The notes: generated by a model from the sequence alone, not told the origin. A stretch of 64,000 bases of DNA from Longimicrobiales bacterium (GCA_965226375.1 CBDDCX010000006.1:64001-128000), one strand, 5' to 3'; positions 52,088 to 62,461 are shown, numbered from the stretch's first letter. Numbers and translations are program-made.

Positions 52088-53248
52088 CTAGGCGGAGTCT
52101 GTCGCCGCGTCGTCACCGCTGTTTCCGTCCGCTGTGGCCAGCTGCCACACGCCCCAGGTCAGCAGCGGCAACAGGACCACCACCAGGAAAATCCACGTGA
52201 GTGTGCCGTACCCCCTCGCGATCAGGCCGATGAGCCCGAACTGAGCCAGAAGGGCGCCGATAACCAACAGCGTCACGGCGATTGCCGGGCGCACCATCGG
52301 GGGAAGCTCCTTGCCAGCCTCTTTGAAAGTCATGGCCAGACGCTCGTTCACACCGTGGATCATGCCGGTGCCGGTCTCGATGAGCGTTCCGAACAGGCAA
52401 ATCTGAAAGACGATCTGGAACGTGCGGGATCCGAGGCCCTCGAGTATGAGGTTCACGGGCACCGTCTCGTCGGCGATTCCCGGGTAGTGGCCGGCCATCG
52501 CGAGGAGCAGGAAGAAGCCCGGGATGATGGCGATCGGGCCGGCGAGACCACCCGAGATCAACGCTTCTTTTCTGGTGCTCACGTGTCGCACACTGAAGAG
52601 CAGCGCCGGGATGATGGCCACGTTGTACGCCGCGTAGGCGATGCCGCCCACGAACCATCCGTCGCCGACCGGCACTGTGCTCAAGGCCGTTCCGATCTCC
52701 GTGCTGAAGGCGGACAACGACCAGGCGAACAGGACAGTGAACGTGCCGTAGAGCACGAATGACCAACTGGCCAGCACCTTCTCGATGAGTCCGGTACCCT
52801 CGAAGACCAGGAATCCGATCGCGACCATGATCCCGACGACCCCCACCAGGTACGGGAGACCGAACGTCTCCTGTAGAATCGAGCCCGCTGCCGACGCGAT
52901 CACGGCCAGAACGACCATGAGCATGGCCGAATACGTCAACTCGAAGACGATCCAACCAGGCCCCAGCAAGTGCCTGCAGAACGTCCGGTAGTCATAGGCC
53001 TGGAAAACGCGTGCGTACTCGAAGGCTACGGCACACACCAGCGACCAGAACGTCATGGACACCAGCATCATGGCCAGGAGTCCGCCCTTGGGGCCGTAGG
53101 GCAGAAAGAACTCCGCCAACTCCCTGCCCGTGCCGTATCCACCGGCGATGACCACCGACTGGAAGATGAACCCGGGAAGGAGGTAGCGCTTCAGAAGGCC
53201 CGGGGCGCGAGTCCCGCTGCCCGTGGCGTCGGTGGCTGAGTCGGTCAT
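52088..53248 (-). CDS. YkvI-like membrane transporter
   Basis: QSVVIAGGYGTGRELAEFF, about 10 TM helices, LIARGYG. Confidence 0.8.
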   Translation of the reverse strand: MTDSATDATGSGTRAPGLLKRYLLPGFIFQSVVIAGGYGTGRELAEFFLPYGPKGGLLAMMLVSMTFWSLVCAVAFEYARVFQAYDYRTFCRHLLGPGWIVFELTYSAMLMVVLAVIASAAGSILQETFGLPYLVGVVGIMVAIGFLVFEGTGLIEKVLASWSFVLYGTFTVLFAWSLSAFSTEIGTALSTVPVGDGWFVGGIAYAAYNVAIIPALLFSVRHVSTRKEALISGGLAGPIAIIPGFFLLLAMAGHYPGIADETVPVNLILEGLGSRTFQIVFQICLFGTLIETGTGMIHGVNERLAMTFKEAGKELPPMVRPAIAVTLLVIGALLAQFGLIGLIARGYGTLTWIFLVVVLLPLLTWGVWQLATADGNSGDDAATDSA

Positions 53249-53453
53249 CTCGCAGCGTGTCACCGCACCCCATGGCTGTCAAGCGATGTGACCCCGACGC
53301 AACCTTCCTCGTCTAAGAGTCGTCAGAGCAAGTGAGGGGGATGGTTCTTGCGATGAGCCTGAAACCGAAACAGTGCTGTCTCGTATTGGAGAGAGTGTGG
53401 GAGAAGGGCTGAGGGCCGCGTTCAGATCGGCCCCGTGAGGAAGGAAGAGGAAG

Positions 53454-53615
53454 ATGAGTGTGGAAGAGAGAATTGGGCACTTACTCAGAGCAGCGAGTCG
53501 GGTGGAGGGTGAGGGGGATAGTCGTGGGGCTGAGCTACTTCGGCAGATGGCCGAAGAGGCACTCCCGGTGGAGCGTCAGAGAGTCGTGATGGCCGTGGGT
53601 TGCCACAGCGACTGA
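53454..53615 (+). CDS. 53-aa small protein absent from the ORF track
   Basis: AGGAAGAGGAAG RBS; MSVEERIGHLLRAASRVEGEGDSRGAELLRQMAEEALPVERQRVVMAVGCHSD; followed by a terminator. Confidence 0.6.
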   Translation: MSVEERIGHLLRAASRVEGEGDSRGAELLRQMAEEALPVERQRVVMAVGCHSD

Positions 53616-53640
53616 GAGAGCCGAGTTCTCCGGCCTTTCC

Positions 53641-53674
53641 AGGGCGCTGCCTTTCGAGGCAGCGCCCTTTTTTT
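53641..53674 (+). terminator. Rho-independent terminator
   Basis: AGGGCGCTGCCT-TTCG-AGGCAGCGCCCT followed by a T tract. Confidence 0.9.
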
Positions 53675-53824
53675 CTTTCCAGTGGCGCCTTGGAGGCCTC
53701 GTTGATCCGGCCTACCGCGCCTTACCTCCGTACAGAGGCTTGCGTATTTTTCAGGGTCCCCGTGTTCACGGCCGGTGGCCTTTCGGCTACTCGGCTACGA
53801 GCCGAACCAGGAGTACGGATCAAA

Positions 53825-54400
53825 ATGAAGCGCTCCTCCAAGCTGGGTCTGACCGCCGTTATCACCGCAGGGCTCGTAGCCTGTGGCGGTGCCGATTCCC
53901 CGGACGCCGCTCCCGCCGCTTCGGAGCCGGCAGCGGCACCGGCGGCCGAAGGCGCCGTCGAGGGTGGGATACCGGACTGGTACCATATCGACACGGACGC
54001 CAAGACGGTCGAACTCCACGTGACCGCACAGATGGACGGCGGGTGGAAGTTCAACGGCATGGCGAACGGCAAGGGTACGATCACCGTGCCGCTGGGCTAC
54101 GAGATCACGGTAGAGTTCACCAACGACGACTCGGCCATGGCGCACAGCCTCGGAATCGACGCGCAGGTGGGGGGCTACGGCGCCATGTTCGAGGATCCTC
54201 AGCCGGCCTTCAGCGGAGCGATCACCGCCGATCCCACGTCCATGACGGAGGCCACCCTGCCGGGCGAAACGGAGTCCTTCAGGTTCACTGCCGATGTGGC
54301 CGGGGAGTACGCGCTGGTGTGCTACATCCCCGCGCACGCCGTCACCGGCATGTGGGTCCGATTCAACGTGTCGGAGGGTGAGCCGGGCGTGAGCATGTAA
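53825..54400 (+). CDS. Sulfocyanin-like blue-copper (cupredoxin) lipoprotein
   Basis: Lipobox LVAC; AHS, C-YIPA-H-AVTG-M type 1 copper ligands. Confidence 0.82.
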   Translation: MKRSSKLGLTAVITAGLVACGGADSPDAAPAASEPAAAPAAEGAVEGGIPDWYHIDTDAKTVELHVTAQMDGGWKFNGMANGKGTITVPLGYEITVEFTNDDSAMAHSLGIDAQVGGYGAMFEDPQPAFSGAITADPTSMTEATLPGETESFRFTADVAGEYALVCYIPAHAVTGMWVRFNVSEGEPGVSM

Positions 54401-54433
54401 CACCCGTCGGGGAGCCCATCGGGTAGCCCAGAG

Positions 54434-55216
54434 TTAGACGTCCCCGCCGCTATCTGCCGCCGCCTCCTGCGTTTCCGAGGGGTGCAGGGGGGCCGCATGC
54501 GGCCCCGCCTTGTCTTGCGGGTGTGCACGCAGGTTGAGGAACTCCACGAAGACCGAGAACCCCATGGCAAAGTAGATGTAGCCTTTCGGGATATGGAAGC
54601 CCACTCCGTCCGCCACCAGACTCATTCCGATCAGCAGAAGGAAGCTGAGGGCGAGCATCTTCACGGTGGGATGATCCGAGACGAAGTTGCCCACAGGTTC
54701 GGCCGAGATCATCATGACCCCCACGGCCAGGATGACCGCTGTCACCATTACGGCCAGGTCGTCCGCCATACCGACCGCCGTGATCACCGAGTCCAGCGAG
54801 AAGATCATGTCCAGCAGGGCGATCTGAATCAGCACCCCCGTAAAGGTCACCACGTTACCGCCTGACCCGACCCCGTCTCCGTTCCCCTCCATCTTGTGAT
54901 GGATTTCACGGGTGGATTTGGTCAGGAGGAAGAGTCCCCCCACGATGAGAATGATGTCCCTGCCCGACACTTCGTTCTGGACCACTGTAAACAGCGGTGC
55001 CGTGAGCCGCATGATCCAGGTGATGGAGAACAGCAGCAGGATGCGCGTGCCCATCGCGAGCGCCAGGCCTAGCTGGCGGGCTTTGGGCCGTTCCTCCGCG
55101 GGGAGTCGGTCGGCCAGGACCGATATGAAGACGATGTTGTCGATCCCGAGGACAATCTCGAGAATCGTGAGCGTGGCCAGGGCGACCCACGCTTCGGGGC
55201 TGGTCAGTAAATCCAT
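54434..55216 (-). CDS. TerC family membrane protein
   Basis: LEIVLGIDNIVFI, DMIFSLDSVITAVG, PKGYIYFAMGFS. Confidence 0.93.
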   Translation of the reverse strand: MDLLTSPEAWVALATLTILEIVLGIDNIVFISVLADRLPAEERPKARQLGLALAMGTRILLLFSITWIMRLTAPLFTVVQNEVSGRDIILIVGGLFLLTKSTREIHHKMEGNGDGVGSGGNVVTFTGVLIQIALLDMIFSLDSVITAVGMADDLAVMVTAVILAVGVMMISAEPVGNFVSDHPTVKMLALSFLLLIGMSLVADGVGFHIPKGYIYFAMGFSVFVEFLNLRAHPQDKAGPHAAPLHPSETQEAAADSGGDV

Positions 55217-55329
55217 TCAGATAATGTGGAGCCGAACGGAGACTCAACAAAGAGGTGAGTCCGGGAACCGGTGGACCCGCCGGGGCTCCTTGCCTACCAT
55301 GGACTCGTGACTACACACGTGTGGCGATC

Positions 55330-55521
55330 ATGAGCGCCGGATACTCCGGCACCCCACTGGCCAAGAGGCTCGGGATAAAGGCGGGGCACCACGTGGGTAC
55401 GTTCGACGCTCCGCCCCACTTTCCCGCCCTCCTCGATCCACTGCCCGACGATGTGGACATGAAGAGGGAGCCACCACCCGAGATCGAGCTCGACGTGGCC
55501 GTCTTCTTCGTTAGCGACGAA
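55330..55521 (+). pseudogene. DUF3052-like protein 5' fragment
   Basis: MSAGYSGTPLAKRLGIK..., broken near 55521. Confidence 0.65.
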
Positions 55522-55523
55522 GG

Positions 55524-56198
55524 GGCTGCGGCAAGACCACCCTGCTGTCGATTCTGGGGTTGCTCGATTCCCCCACGAGCGGTGACTACCTGCTCGACGG
55601 CGAGCCGGCGGCGAACCTCACGGCTTCGCAGCGGGCCAAGATCCGCAACCAGGCCATCGGGTTCATCTTCCAGGCGTTCAACCTGATCGGTGACCTCACG
55701 GTATTCGAGAACGTCGAGCTCCCGCTCACATATCGCGGAATGGGTGGGGCCGAGCGCAAGGAGCGCGTGCACGCGTCTCTGGAGCGTGTGGGCATGGCTC
55801 ACCGCATGACCCACTATCCCAGCCAGCTCTCCGGTGGTCAGCAGCAGCGGGTGGCGGTGGCCCGTGCCATCGTGGGCAAGCCCCTCATCCTGCTGGCAGA
55901 CGAGCCCACGGGTAACCTGGACTCGAAGAACGGCAACGCGGTCATGGACCTGATGCACGAGCTCCATGATGAGGGAGCCACAATCTGCATGGTCACGCAC
56001 GACCCGCGTTACTCTGCGGTTGCGGAACGCTCCGTGCATCTCTTCGACGGCCTGGTCGTCGACGAAGAGGACGCCAAGCGTGAGGAGCATGCGCATGAAC
56101 TCGAGGAATCCGGCTTCGACGTGCGTACCGCGGACTGGATCCGCGTACCGCGGACTGGATCCGCGTACCGCGGCCTGGATCCGCGGATTTCGCGCTGA
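55524..56198 (+). pseudogene. ABC ATP-binding protein (LolD/MacB-like) lacking its N-terminus
   Basis: Begins inside Walker A (GCGKTTLLSILG); LSGGQQQRV, LADEPTGNLD, VTHD. Confidence 0.8.
56123..56185. repeat. Three-copy 20-bp tandem repeat
   Basis: GCGTACCGCGGACTGGATCC x3 (third copy has one mismatch). Confidence 0.9.
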
Positions 56199-56326
56199 GC
56201 TGACTTGCCGGGACCCTGGGGGGGTGACTTTGGTCACCCCCCTTTCAGTTCAGCCAGCTCCTCCCGTGCCGGGTCGCCATGAGTGCCACCCAGCGCTCGA
56301 ACGTCTCGATGGCTGACACCTCCTCA

Positions 56327-57658
56327 TCAGTCACACGCGACCTCGAACCCCTGCTCCGCCCACGCGGTGGTTCCGCCATTGATGCTGCGGACATTCCGGT
56401 AGCCCAATGAAGCCAGGAACAGGGCGCCGGACAGAGATCGTACGCCCGTGGCACAGACCACGAGCATCGGGGCCTCGCGATCCTCGGGCAGGAAGTCGAC
56501 GTATCGAGTCATCTCCTGCAGGGGCATGAGGAGCCCACCGGGAATACGTATGGCCGCGTATTCATCGGGCTCGCGCACGTCGACCACCACAACATTGGCG
56601 GCCTCGATGAGATCGTGGGCGGGCCCGACCTCGATAGTGAGGCCTGGTGTGCTCTTCGCGTTCTCAACGAGCCGATCCATCATGTGCTCACGTGGGCTGG
56701 GCGCCGCGGTCGAGCCCAGTTCTGGGAGGTACTTGGGCACGGACGAAGCGTACTTGAAGGCACTGTCCGGGAACAACACCACGGCGAGCCCCCCCGGCTC
56801 GTCCGGCACCAAGTCGAAGGCGCCCGCGAGCGCCATGCCGGAGCTCGGGCCGGCTATGATGCTCTCCTCACGGTTGAGTCGGAGGCAGAGGTCGAAGGCC
56901 GCCTGGTTGGTCACCTCGGCCAGCGTGTCATACTCGTCGGGCCGGAAGAGCTCGGTCTGCTGGAGCTGCCGAAGACTCCGCACCCCCGGAATGTCGTGTC
57001 CCTCTTCCGGGTGCACACCATGAACCATGATGGCCGGGTTCTGCTCCTTCAGGAACCGTCCCGTCCCCGTAATCGTCCCGCAGGTGCCCAGGCCGGCCAC
57101 GAAGTGCGTTACTCCGCCGTCCGTCTGGAGCCAGATCTCGGGGCCTGTGGTCTTGTAGTGCGCGTCGGGATTGGCTTCGTTTCGATATTGATTGAGCATG
57201 TAGAAATCGGGGGCCTCGGCCAGGTCGTTGGCTCTGGCGATCGCTCCCTCAGGAGCGCCAGGAGCTGGGCAAAGGGTATCCTCGAGCTCGATGACGTCTG
57301 CGCCGAAGAACCGCAGCATCGTACGCTTCTCGAGTGGGATCGCCGATGACAACGGGGTCGTGAGCGAATACCCCCTCGCATTGGACATCATGGCCAGGCC
57401 CATGCCGGTGTTCCCCGACGTGGGCTCGACCAGTTGCTGCTCCGGGCGCAGCACTCCCCGTTCTTCGGCATCGGCGATCATGTTGGCGGCGATACGATCC
57501 TTGACCGCGCCGAACGGGTTGTACCACTCGAGCTTTGCGTACACCCGTGTGTGTTCGAACGGAACCACTCGATTGAGCCGCACGAGCGGTGTGGGATTCT
57601 CGGCGTCGCAAAGGAGGCCGAGTACCGAGTCATATACGCGTCGTCGGTGATCTCGCAT
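56327..57658 (-). CDS. Cysteine synthase family PLP enzyme fused to rhodanese
   Basis: KLEWYNPFGAVKDR, EPTSGNTG, GLGTCGT; VDVREPDEY, CATGVRS. Confidence 0.88.
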   Translation of the reverse strand: MRDHRRRVYDSVLGLLCDAENPTPLVRLNRVVPFEHTRVYAKLEWYNPFGAVKDRIAANMIADAEERGVLRPEQQLVEPTSGNTGMGLAMMSNARGYSLTTPLSSAIPLEKRTMLRFFGADVIELEDTLCPAPGAPEGAIARANDLAEAPDFYMLNQYRNEANPDAHYKTTGPEIWLQTDGGVTHFVAGLGTCGTITGTGRFLKEQNPAIMVHGVHPEEGHDIPGVRSLRQLQQTELFRPDEYDTLAEVTNQAAFDLCLRLNREESIIAGPSSGMALAGAFDLVPDEPGGLAVVLFPDSAFKYASSVPKYLPELGSTAAPSPREHMMDRLVENAKSTPGLTIEVGPAHDLIEAANVVVVDVREPDEYAAIRIPGGLLMPLQEMTRYVDFLPEDREAPMLVVCATGVRSLSGALFLASLGYRNVRSINGGTTAWAEQGFEVACD

Positions 57659-57778
57659 GAGCCGTTCTCCGTAATGTCGATGGTGAGATCCGCCGGACCT
57701 CGGTTCCCCGATTCGCACCCTCCTTTCCTAGTTCTCCGGAGGCCGGCCGGGGTTCCCGCCGAGAGGGTCAGTCTGGCT

Positions 57779-58135
57779 CTAGTCAGCCGTCCCTTCGCGG
57801 GCCAAGAGCTTGTCTGTCTTGGCGGCCATGATGAAGTCGTTCCGGTGCAGGCCCCGGATCTTGTGGGTCCACCAGGTCACCCTGACGTTGCCCCATTCGG
57901 TCACAAGGGCCGGATGATGAGCGTCTTCTTCGGCCAGAGCACCGACGCCGTTCGTGAACCGCAGCGCGTCAGCGAAATTCCGGAACTCGAAATCCCGTTC
58001 CAGACGCGGGATCCCATCCCGCTCGATGAGCGCCCACTCCGGCACCTGGGCATGCAGCTCACGGCTTTCCTCAGCCGTGACGGTGGGGGCCCCTCGCTGA
58101 CAGGCCTCACAAGTCATTTTCACTAGCGGGTCCAT
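57779..58135 (-). CDS. phhB: Pterin-4a-carbinolamine dehydratase
   Basis: [27 protein letters not shown]. Confidence 0.88.
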   Translation of the reverse strand: MDPLVKMTCEACQRGAPTVTAEESRELHAQVPEWALIERDGIPRLERDFEFRNFADALRFTNGVGALAEEDAHHPALVTEWGNVRVTWWTHKIRGLHRNDFIMAAKTDKLLAREGTAD

Positions 58136-58423
58136 CGGTGACGACCTCCCTGGCTCGGGCGGATAGCGGACGATTCGAAGCACTCGCAATGGGCCTCGCC
58201 GGTGACGTGGTAGGCGTTCCAAGTCCCCTTGGGGCCAAAAGCCAAGGTATGGCGTGTAGTGATGGACTGGCCAGGTGGAGAGAGGGCCTTGGGTAGGAGC
58301 CAGCCGCTGATGAGACCTAGCACGCGGTTGCTGCTGTCGGGGTCGGCTTGCGTAGCGCCATTGCGGCTCGCATGGTTGCCCCGCGGCAGAAACGCAGTGT
58401 TAGACGACGGCTCGCATCCTCAT

Positions 58424-58903
58424 ATGGATCAACCGTTTCAGATGAAACTCAGCCAAATCCACAACCGCAGTTTGGCTATCCTCATCGCTCGAGTCATTCT
58501 CGGCCTGATTTTCTTCATGGCTGGGCAGTGGAAGTTGTTCTCGCTTGGCCCCCTAGGACATGCTCGCCGCTGGTTCGTCGGGCCCTACGCGGAGACGTTC
58601 TTGCCGATGTGGTCTCTGTGGGCGACGGGGACCGTTGTTCCCTTCGTGGAATTCGTGGCGGGTGCCTTGCTCTTGGTTGGACTATGGACGCGTCCAGCAC
58701 TCGCCGCGCTCGGCGGTGTCTTGATTATCGTGACGTTCGGCCACCTGCTCGCCGACACGTTGTATGCGTTTCATACGCACGTGATTCCCCGGACGGCGCT
58801 CCTACTCTTTGTGTTGGCCATGCCGGCCTCAGAGGACCGTTTGTCCATGGATTACTGGCTCGCTCGTCGAGCAGCGGACCGGTCAACCAGGGATCCTCGC
58901 TAG
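58424..58903 (+). CDS. DoxX family membrane protein
   Basis: ARVILGLIFFMAG..K, VEFVAGALLLVGLWTR, LSMD. Confidence 0.8.
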   Translation: MDQPFQMKLSQIHNRSLAILIARVILGLIFFMAGQWKLFSLGPLGHARRWFVGPYAETFLPMWSLWATGTVVPFVEFVAGALLLVGLWTRPALAALGGVLIIVTFGHLLADTLYAFHTHVIPRTALLLFVLAMPASEDRLSMDYWLARRAADRSTRDPR

Positions 58904-58932
58904 CGCGCGATGGGTGAGGGGCTTGCCCGATC

Positions 58933-58966
58933 TATAGGGAATCGCTATATAGGGTGACACCCTATA
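58933..58966. promoter_or_regulatory. Overlapping palindromes upstream of padR-ADOP 2
   Basis: TATAG-N7-CTATA and TATAGGGTG-A-CACCCTATA. Confidence 0.6.
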
Positions 58967-58985
58967 GTGACTGGCCCCATAAAAT

Positions 58986-59330
58986 ATGGCACAGAATCCA
59001 GAGCAGTTCATCCCGCTCACGCACGTGGCCTACCACGTGCTGCTCGCCCTCTCCGACCAGTCCAGGCACGGCTACGGCATCATCAAGCACGTGGAAGAGA
59101 GGACGAACGGTCGCTTGGAGTTGGAGGCAGGCACACTGTACGCCGCGATCAAGAGGCTGCGCGACGACGCGTTGATCTCCGACGCGAAGGCGCCTTCCGG
59201 AACCGACTCTCGGCGCCGCTACTACGGGCTGACTCCGTTCGGGCGGCGCGTCCTGGAGGCCGAGTCGCTCCGACTCGTCGAGCTCGTGGCGCTCGCACGC
59301 GATGCTCAGCTGATCCCCCCGGGCGTGTAG
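58986..59330 (+). CDS. PadR family transcriptional regulator
   Basis: RHGYGIIK, AGTLYAAIKRL, RRRYYGLTPFG. Confidence 0.92.
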   Translation: MAQNPEQFIPLTHVAYHVLLALSDQSRHGYGIIKHVEERTNGRLELEAGTLYAAIKRLRDDALISDAKAPSGTDSRRRYYGLTPFGRRVLEAESLRLVELVALARDAQLIPPGV

Positions 59331-59337
59331 GCTACCG

Positions 59338-62031
59338 GTGTCACCGAAGAGCTACCGTCGACTGTTCTTTCTCCTGCCCTCGCGGTTCAGGGACGAGTAC
59401 GGTTCGGAGTTGGAGGAAGTGGTCGAGGATCGTTGGAACGTGGTCCGAGAGCGAGGCGGGGTCGCCGTGAGGATCCGATTCTGGGTAAGGGAAACTGTGG
59501 CGCTCACGCTGCTCGCGACCCGGTTGCGAGTGGGGCTGGAGCCGGCTTCGGCCGAGCGCACGACTACACGCATGAAGACGATGATGAGGAGGTGGGAGGT
59601 GAACGGTTTGGGACAGGACCTCGGACAAGCGGTCCGATCGCTACTCAAGGAACCGGGTTTCACTCTCGTGACGGTGCTTACACTCGGGCTCGGCGTCGGT
59701 GCCTCGACGGCGATCTTCAGCGCGGTCCACGCCGTGCTCTTCCGTGATCTGGCGTACGCCGACGCAGACCGGATCGTAGCCGTGTTTCATGCGGATACCG
59801 AAACGCGAGAGCTCTCAGTCGGCGCGTCGGCCACGAACATCAGGGACGTGGCCGAGTCGAGTAACCGACTCTCCGGGGCTGCCATAGCGGAGCCCTGGAG
59901 CCTCGACCTCTTCCTGGACGACCGCACCGAGTCGCTTCGCACATGGGCCGTGTCCACAGGGTTCTTCGAGATCCTCGGCGCGGCGCCCGCGCTCGGTCGC
60001 GCTTTCCGTCCCGACGAATACGTGGAAGGGAACGACAAGGTGGTCCTGCTGGGGCATCGCAGTTGGACGCAGCGCTTCGGCGCCGACCCTGCGATCGTGG
60101 GCCGGACCGTAACACTCGACAACGAGCCCTACACGGTCGTGGGTGTCCTTACCCGGGACTTCAAGTACCCCAACCAGGCAGCGGCATGGATTCCTCGGGC
60201 CCCTAATTCGCGGGACGACGGCTCCCGGGCCGCGGACTACATGTACGGTATCGGGCGACTCGCCGACGGAGCGACGATGTCGGACGCGCAGGCCGAAATG
60301 GATCGCCTGGCGCGCTCGCTCGAGGAAGCCTTTCCGGAGACGAACACCAACATCGGTATACAGTTGGTCCCGTTCCGGGAGCACCTCTTCGGAGACGTGC
60401 GTACACCGCTTTATGTGTTGTTGTCGGCGGTCGGGTTCGTGCTACTCATCGCATGCGCGAACGTTACGGGCCTGATGCTCGCTCGAGGAGCAAAGCGGGA
60501 GCGCGAGTACGCGCTCCGGAGCGCTCTTGGGGCCGGGCGAGCCCGCTTGGCCGGATATGTTGCGACCGAGAGCCTGCTCTTGGCAGCTGTCGGATGCGCG
60601 CTGGGCGTCGGGCTCACCTTCCTGGGGGTGCGTGTGATCCAGAGTCTCGGACCGGATCATCTGCCGCGCATCGACGAGCTTCGTGTCGATGGCACGGTCC
60701 TGACGTTCGCCCTGATCGTGGCGGGACTCAGCGCGTTTCTCTCCGGGTTGGCACCGGCCTTCAGACTCTCTCGCCCCGATTTGCGAGGTGCGCTGTCGGA
60801 CGCCACTCGGGGCAGCACGGGCGGACGGAAGGCCAATCGACTGAGGAACCGGCTCGTCGTGGCCGAGGTTGCAGCCGCCCTGGTCCTGCTCATCGGGGCC
60901 GGGCTCCTCACCAGGAGCTTCTCGATTCTGGTGAACGAGGAATTGGGCTTCGACCCGACGGACCGAGTCGCTATTCAGGTCTTCGCGTACGGGTATCCGG
61001 GTGAGGAGCTGATTCAGTTCGTGAACCAGACGATCGAGAACATGAACGCGATTCCCGGAGTGAGGGACGTGGCGATCACGTCGAACGTGCCCGGCGCGAC
61101 GGACGGCGCGATCGCCTCGATCGACATCGACTTGCCTATGCGGATCGATGGGGTGGCTCCGCTGCCGACTGGTCAGGAGCCGGTCACCTGGATTTCGCAG
61201 GTGTCGAAGAGCTATTTCAACGTGATGGGGATGCCGATGGTCGCGGGTCGCGGCTTCGATGACGGCGACCGTTCCGAGGCTCCGCCGGTCGTGATCGTCA
61301 ATGAGGCCCTGGTCCGGCGCCATCTGGGCTATCGGGACGCGGTAGGACAGCGCATCGGCCTGCCTTGGGGCCCCGAGGCGGACCAGTGGAAGTGGCGTGA
61401 GATCGTGGGTGTCGTGAAGGACGTCCGTCCGCTGGGCTTCGAGTCGGAGCCGCGGCCCGAGGTCTTCTTCCCGATCACCCAGGCGGGCACAGGCAGCTTG
61501 ACCTTCGTGCTCGCTTCCGATACGGACGCGGGCCCCATCGTGACCCAGGCGGCCGAGGCGGTCTGGCAGGCGAATCCGGCACAGGCCGTTTATGGAGCTG
61601 CCACACTCGAGGCGCTACTGGCCGATTGGCTGCAGGAACGACAATTCAATGTGGTGCTCTTGTCGTCGTTCGCGCTGATCGCGCTGATGCTCTCGGCGGT
61701 GGGGATATACGGACTCGTCAGCTTTTCGATGGCACAGCGCGTCGGGGAGCTCGGAATCCGTAGGGCGCTCGGCGGCCAGACCCCCGACGTGCTCGGCATG
61801 GTGCTCCGGGAAGGAGCGAGGCTGGCCGGGGCAGGCGTGGTGCTGGGAGTCGTGGGCGCCTTGGTCCTCACCCGCTTCCTCGGCGGCATGCTTTGCGGCG
61901 TGGAGCCCACCGACTGGCCGACCTTCGGGCTGCTTGCTCTGGCGGTGCTCATGGTGTCGTCGTTGGCCACGCTCGTGCCGGCGATTCGCGCTACGCGTGT
62001 GGATCCGATGGAGGCCCTCAGAGAGGGTTAG
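59338..62031 (+). CDS. ADOP-type duplicated MacB/FtsX ABC permease
   Basis: [50 protein letters not shown]. Confidence 0.92.
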   Translation: MSPKSYRRLFFLLPSRFRDEYGSELEEVVEDRWNVVRERGGVAVRIRFWVRETVALTLLATRLRVGLEPASAERTTTRMKTMMRRWEVNGLGQDLGQAVRSLLKEPGFTLVTVLTLGLGVGASTAIFSAVHAVLFRDLAYADADRIVAVFHADTETRELSVGASATNIRDVAESSNRLSGAAIAEPWSLDLFLDDRTESLRTWAVSTGFFEILGAAPALGRAFRPDEYVEGNDKVVLLGHRSWTQRFGADPAIVGRTVTLDNEPYTVVGVLTRDFKYPNQAAAWIPRAPNSRDDGSRAADYMYGIGRLADGATMSDAQAEMDRLARSLEEAFPETNTNIGIQLVPFREHLFGDVRTPLYVLLSAVGFVLLIACANVTGLMLARGAKREREYALRSALGAGRARLAGYVATESLLLAAVGCALGVGLTFLGVRVIQSLGPDHLPRIDELRVDGTVLTFALIVAGLSAFLSGLAPAFRLSRPDLRGALSDATRGSTGGRKANRLRNRLVVAEVAAALVLLIGAGLLTRSFSILVNEELGFDPTDRVAIQVFAYGYPGEELIQFVNQTIENMNAIPGVRDVAITSNVPGATDGAIASIDIDLPMRIDGVAPLPTGQEPVTWISQVSKSYFNVMGMPMVAGRGFDDGDRSEAPPVVIVNEALVRRHLGYRDAVGQRIGLPWGPEADQWKWREIVGVVKDVRPLGFESEPRPEVFFPITQAGTGSLTFVLASDTDAGPIVTQAAEAVWQANPAQAVYGAATLEALLADWLQERQFNVVLLSSFALIALMLSAVGIYGLVSFSMAQRVGELGIRRALGGQTPDVLGMVLREGARLAGAGVVLGVVGALVLTRFLGGMLCGVEPTDWPTFGLLALAVLMVSSLATLVPAIRATRVDPMEALREG

Positions 62032-62062
62032 CGGTCCCGCGTCGGCTTTCGTGGCGGACGTC

Positions 62063-62461
62063 CTACCGTACCACGCAAACCTTCGCGCCGTGACCGGGCG
62101 CGTCAGCGCTCCGACCATCACACGTGAGTAGCGGACAGTCGAGGGCCTCCGCGAGCGCAACGTAGGCGGCGTCGTACGCGCTCAAGTTGTCGCGCAGCAT
62201 CCAGATGCGCGGGACGAGCATCCCAGCGGGGCGTCTTTCGACGGGTAGTGCCTGCAGTAGCTCCACAGCCCCGGTCGCCCTCGAATCCGAGACGGCGCCC
62301 GACCGCGCCAAGCGTCGAAACGCCTGCACGACTTCGACGTCGAGTAGATCCGGGGCGAAGAATGCACCGTCCGGGTCGTCCAGCAACTGTGTTACCACGC
62401 CGTCACCACGCTCGCTTCCCAGTAGCCACTCCACCACGGCAGAGGCGTCCAAGACCATCAC
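62063..62461 (-). CDS. vapC: VapC PIN-domain toxin
   Basis: VLDASAVV, APDLLDVEV, LSAYDAAYVALAE, LLTCD. Confidence 0.9.
   Translation of the reverse strand: MMVLDASAVVEWLLGSERGDGVVTQLLDDPDGAFFAPDLLDVEVVQAFRRLARSGAVSDSRATGAVELLQALPVERRPAGMLVPRIWMLRDNLSAYDAAYVALAEALDCPLLTCDGRSADAPGHGAKVCVVR

Noticed and set aside
56123..56185. 20-bp repeats as CRISPR or iterons
   Set aside because: Head-to-tail with no spacers, inside a CDS tail, no rep gene nearby.
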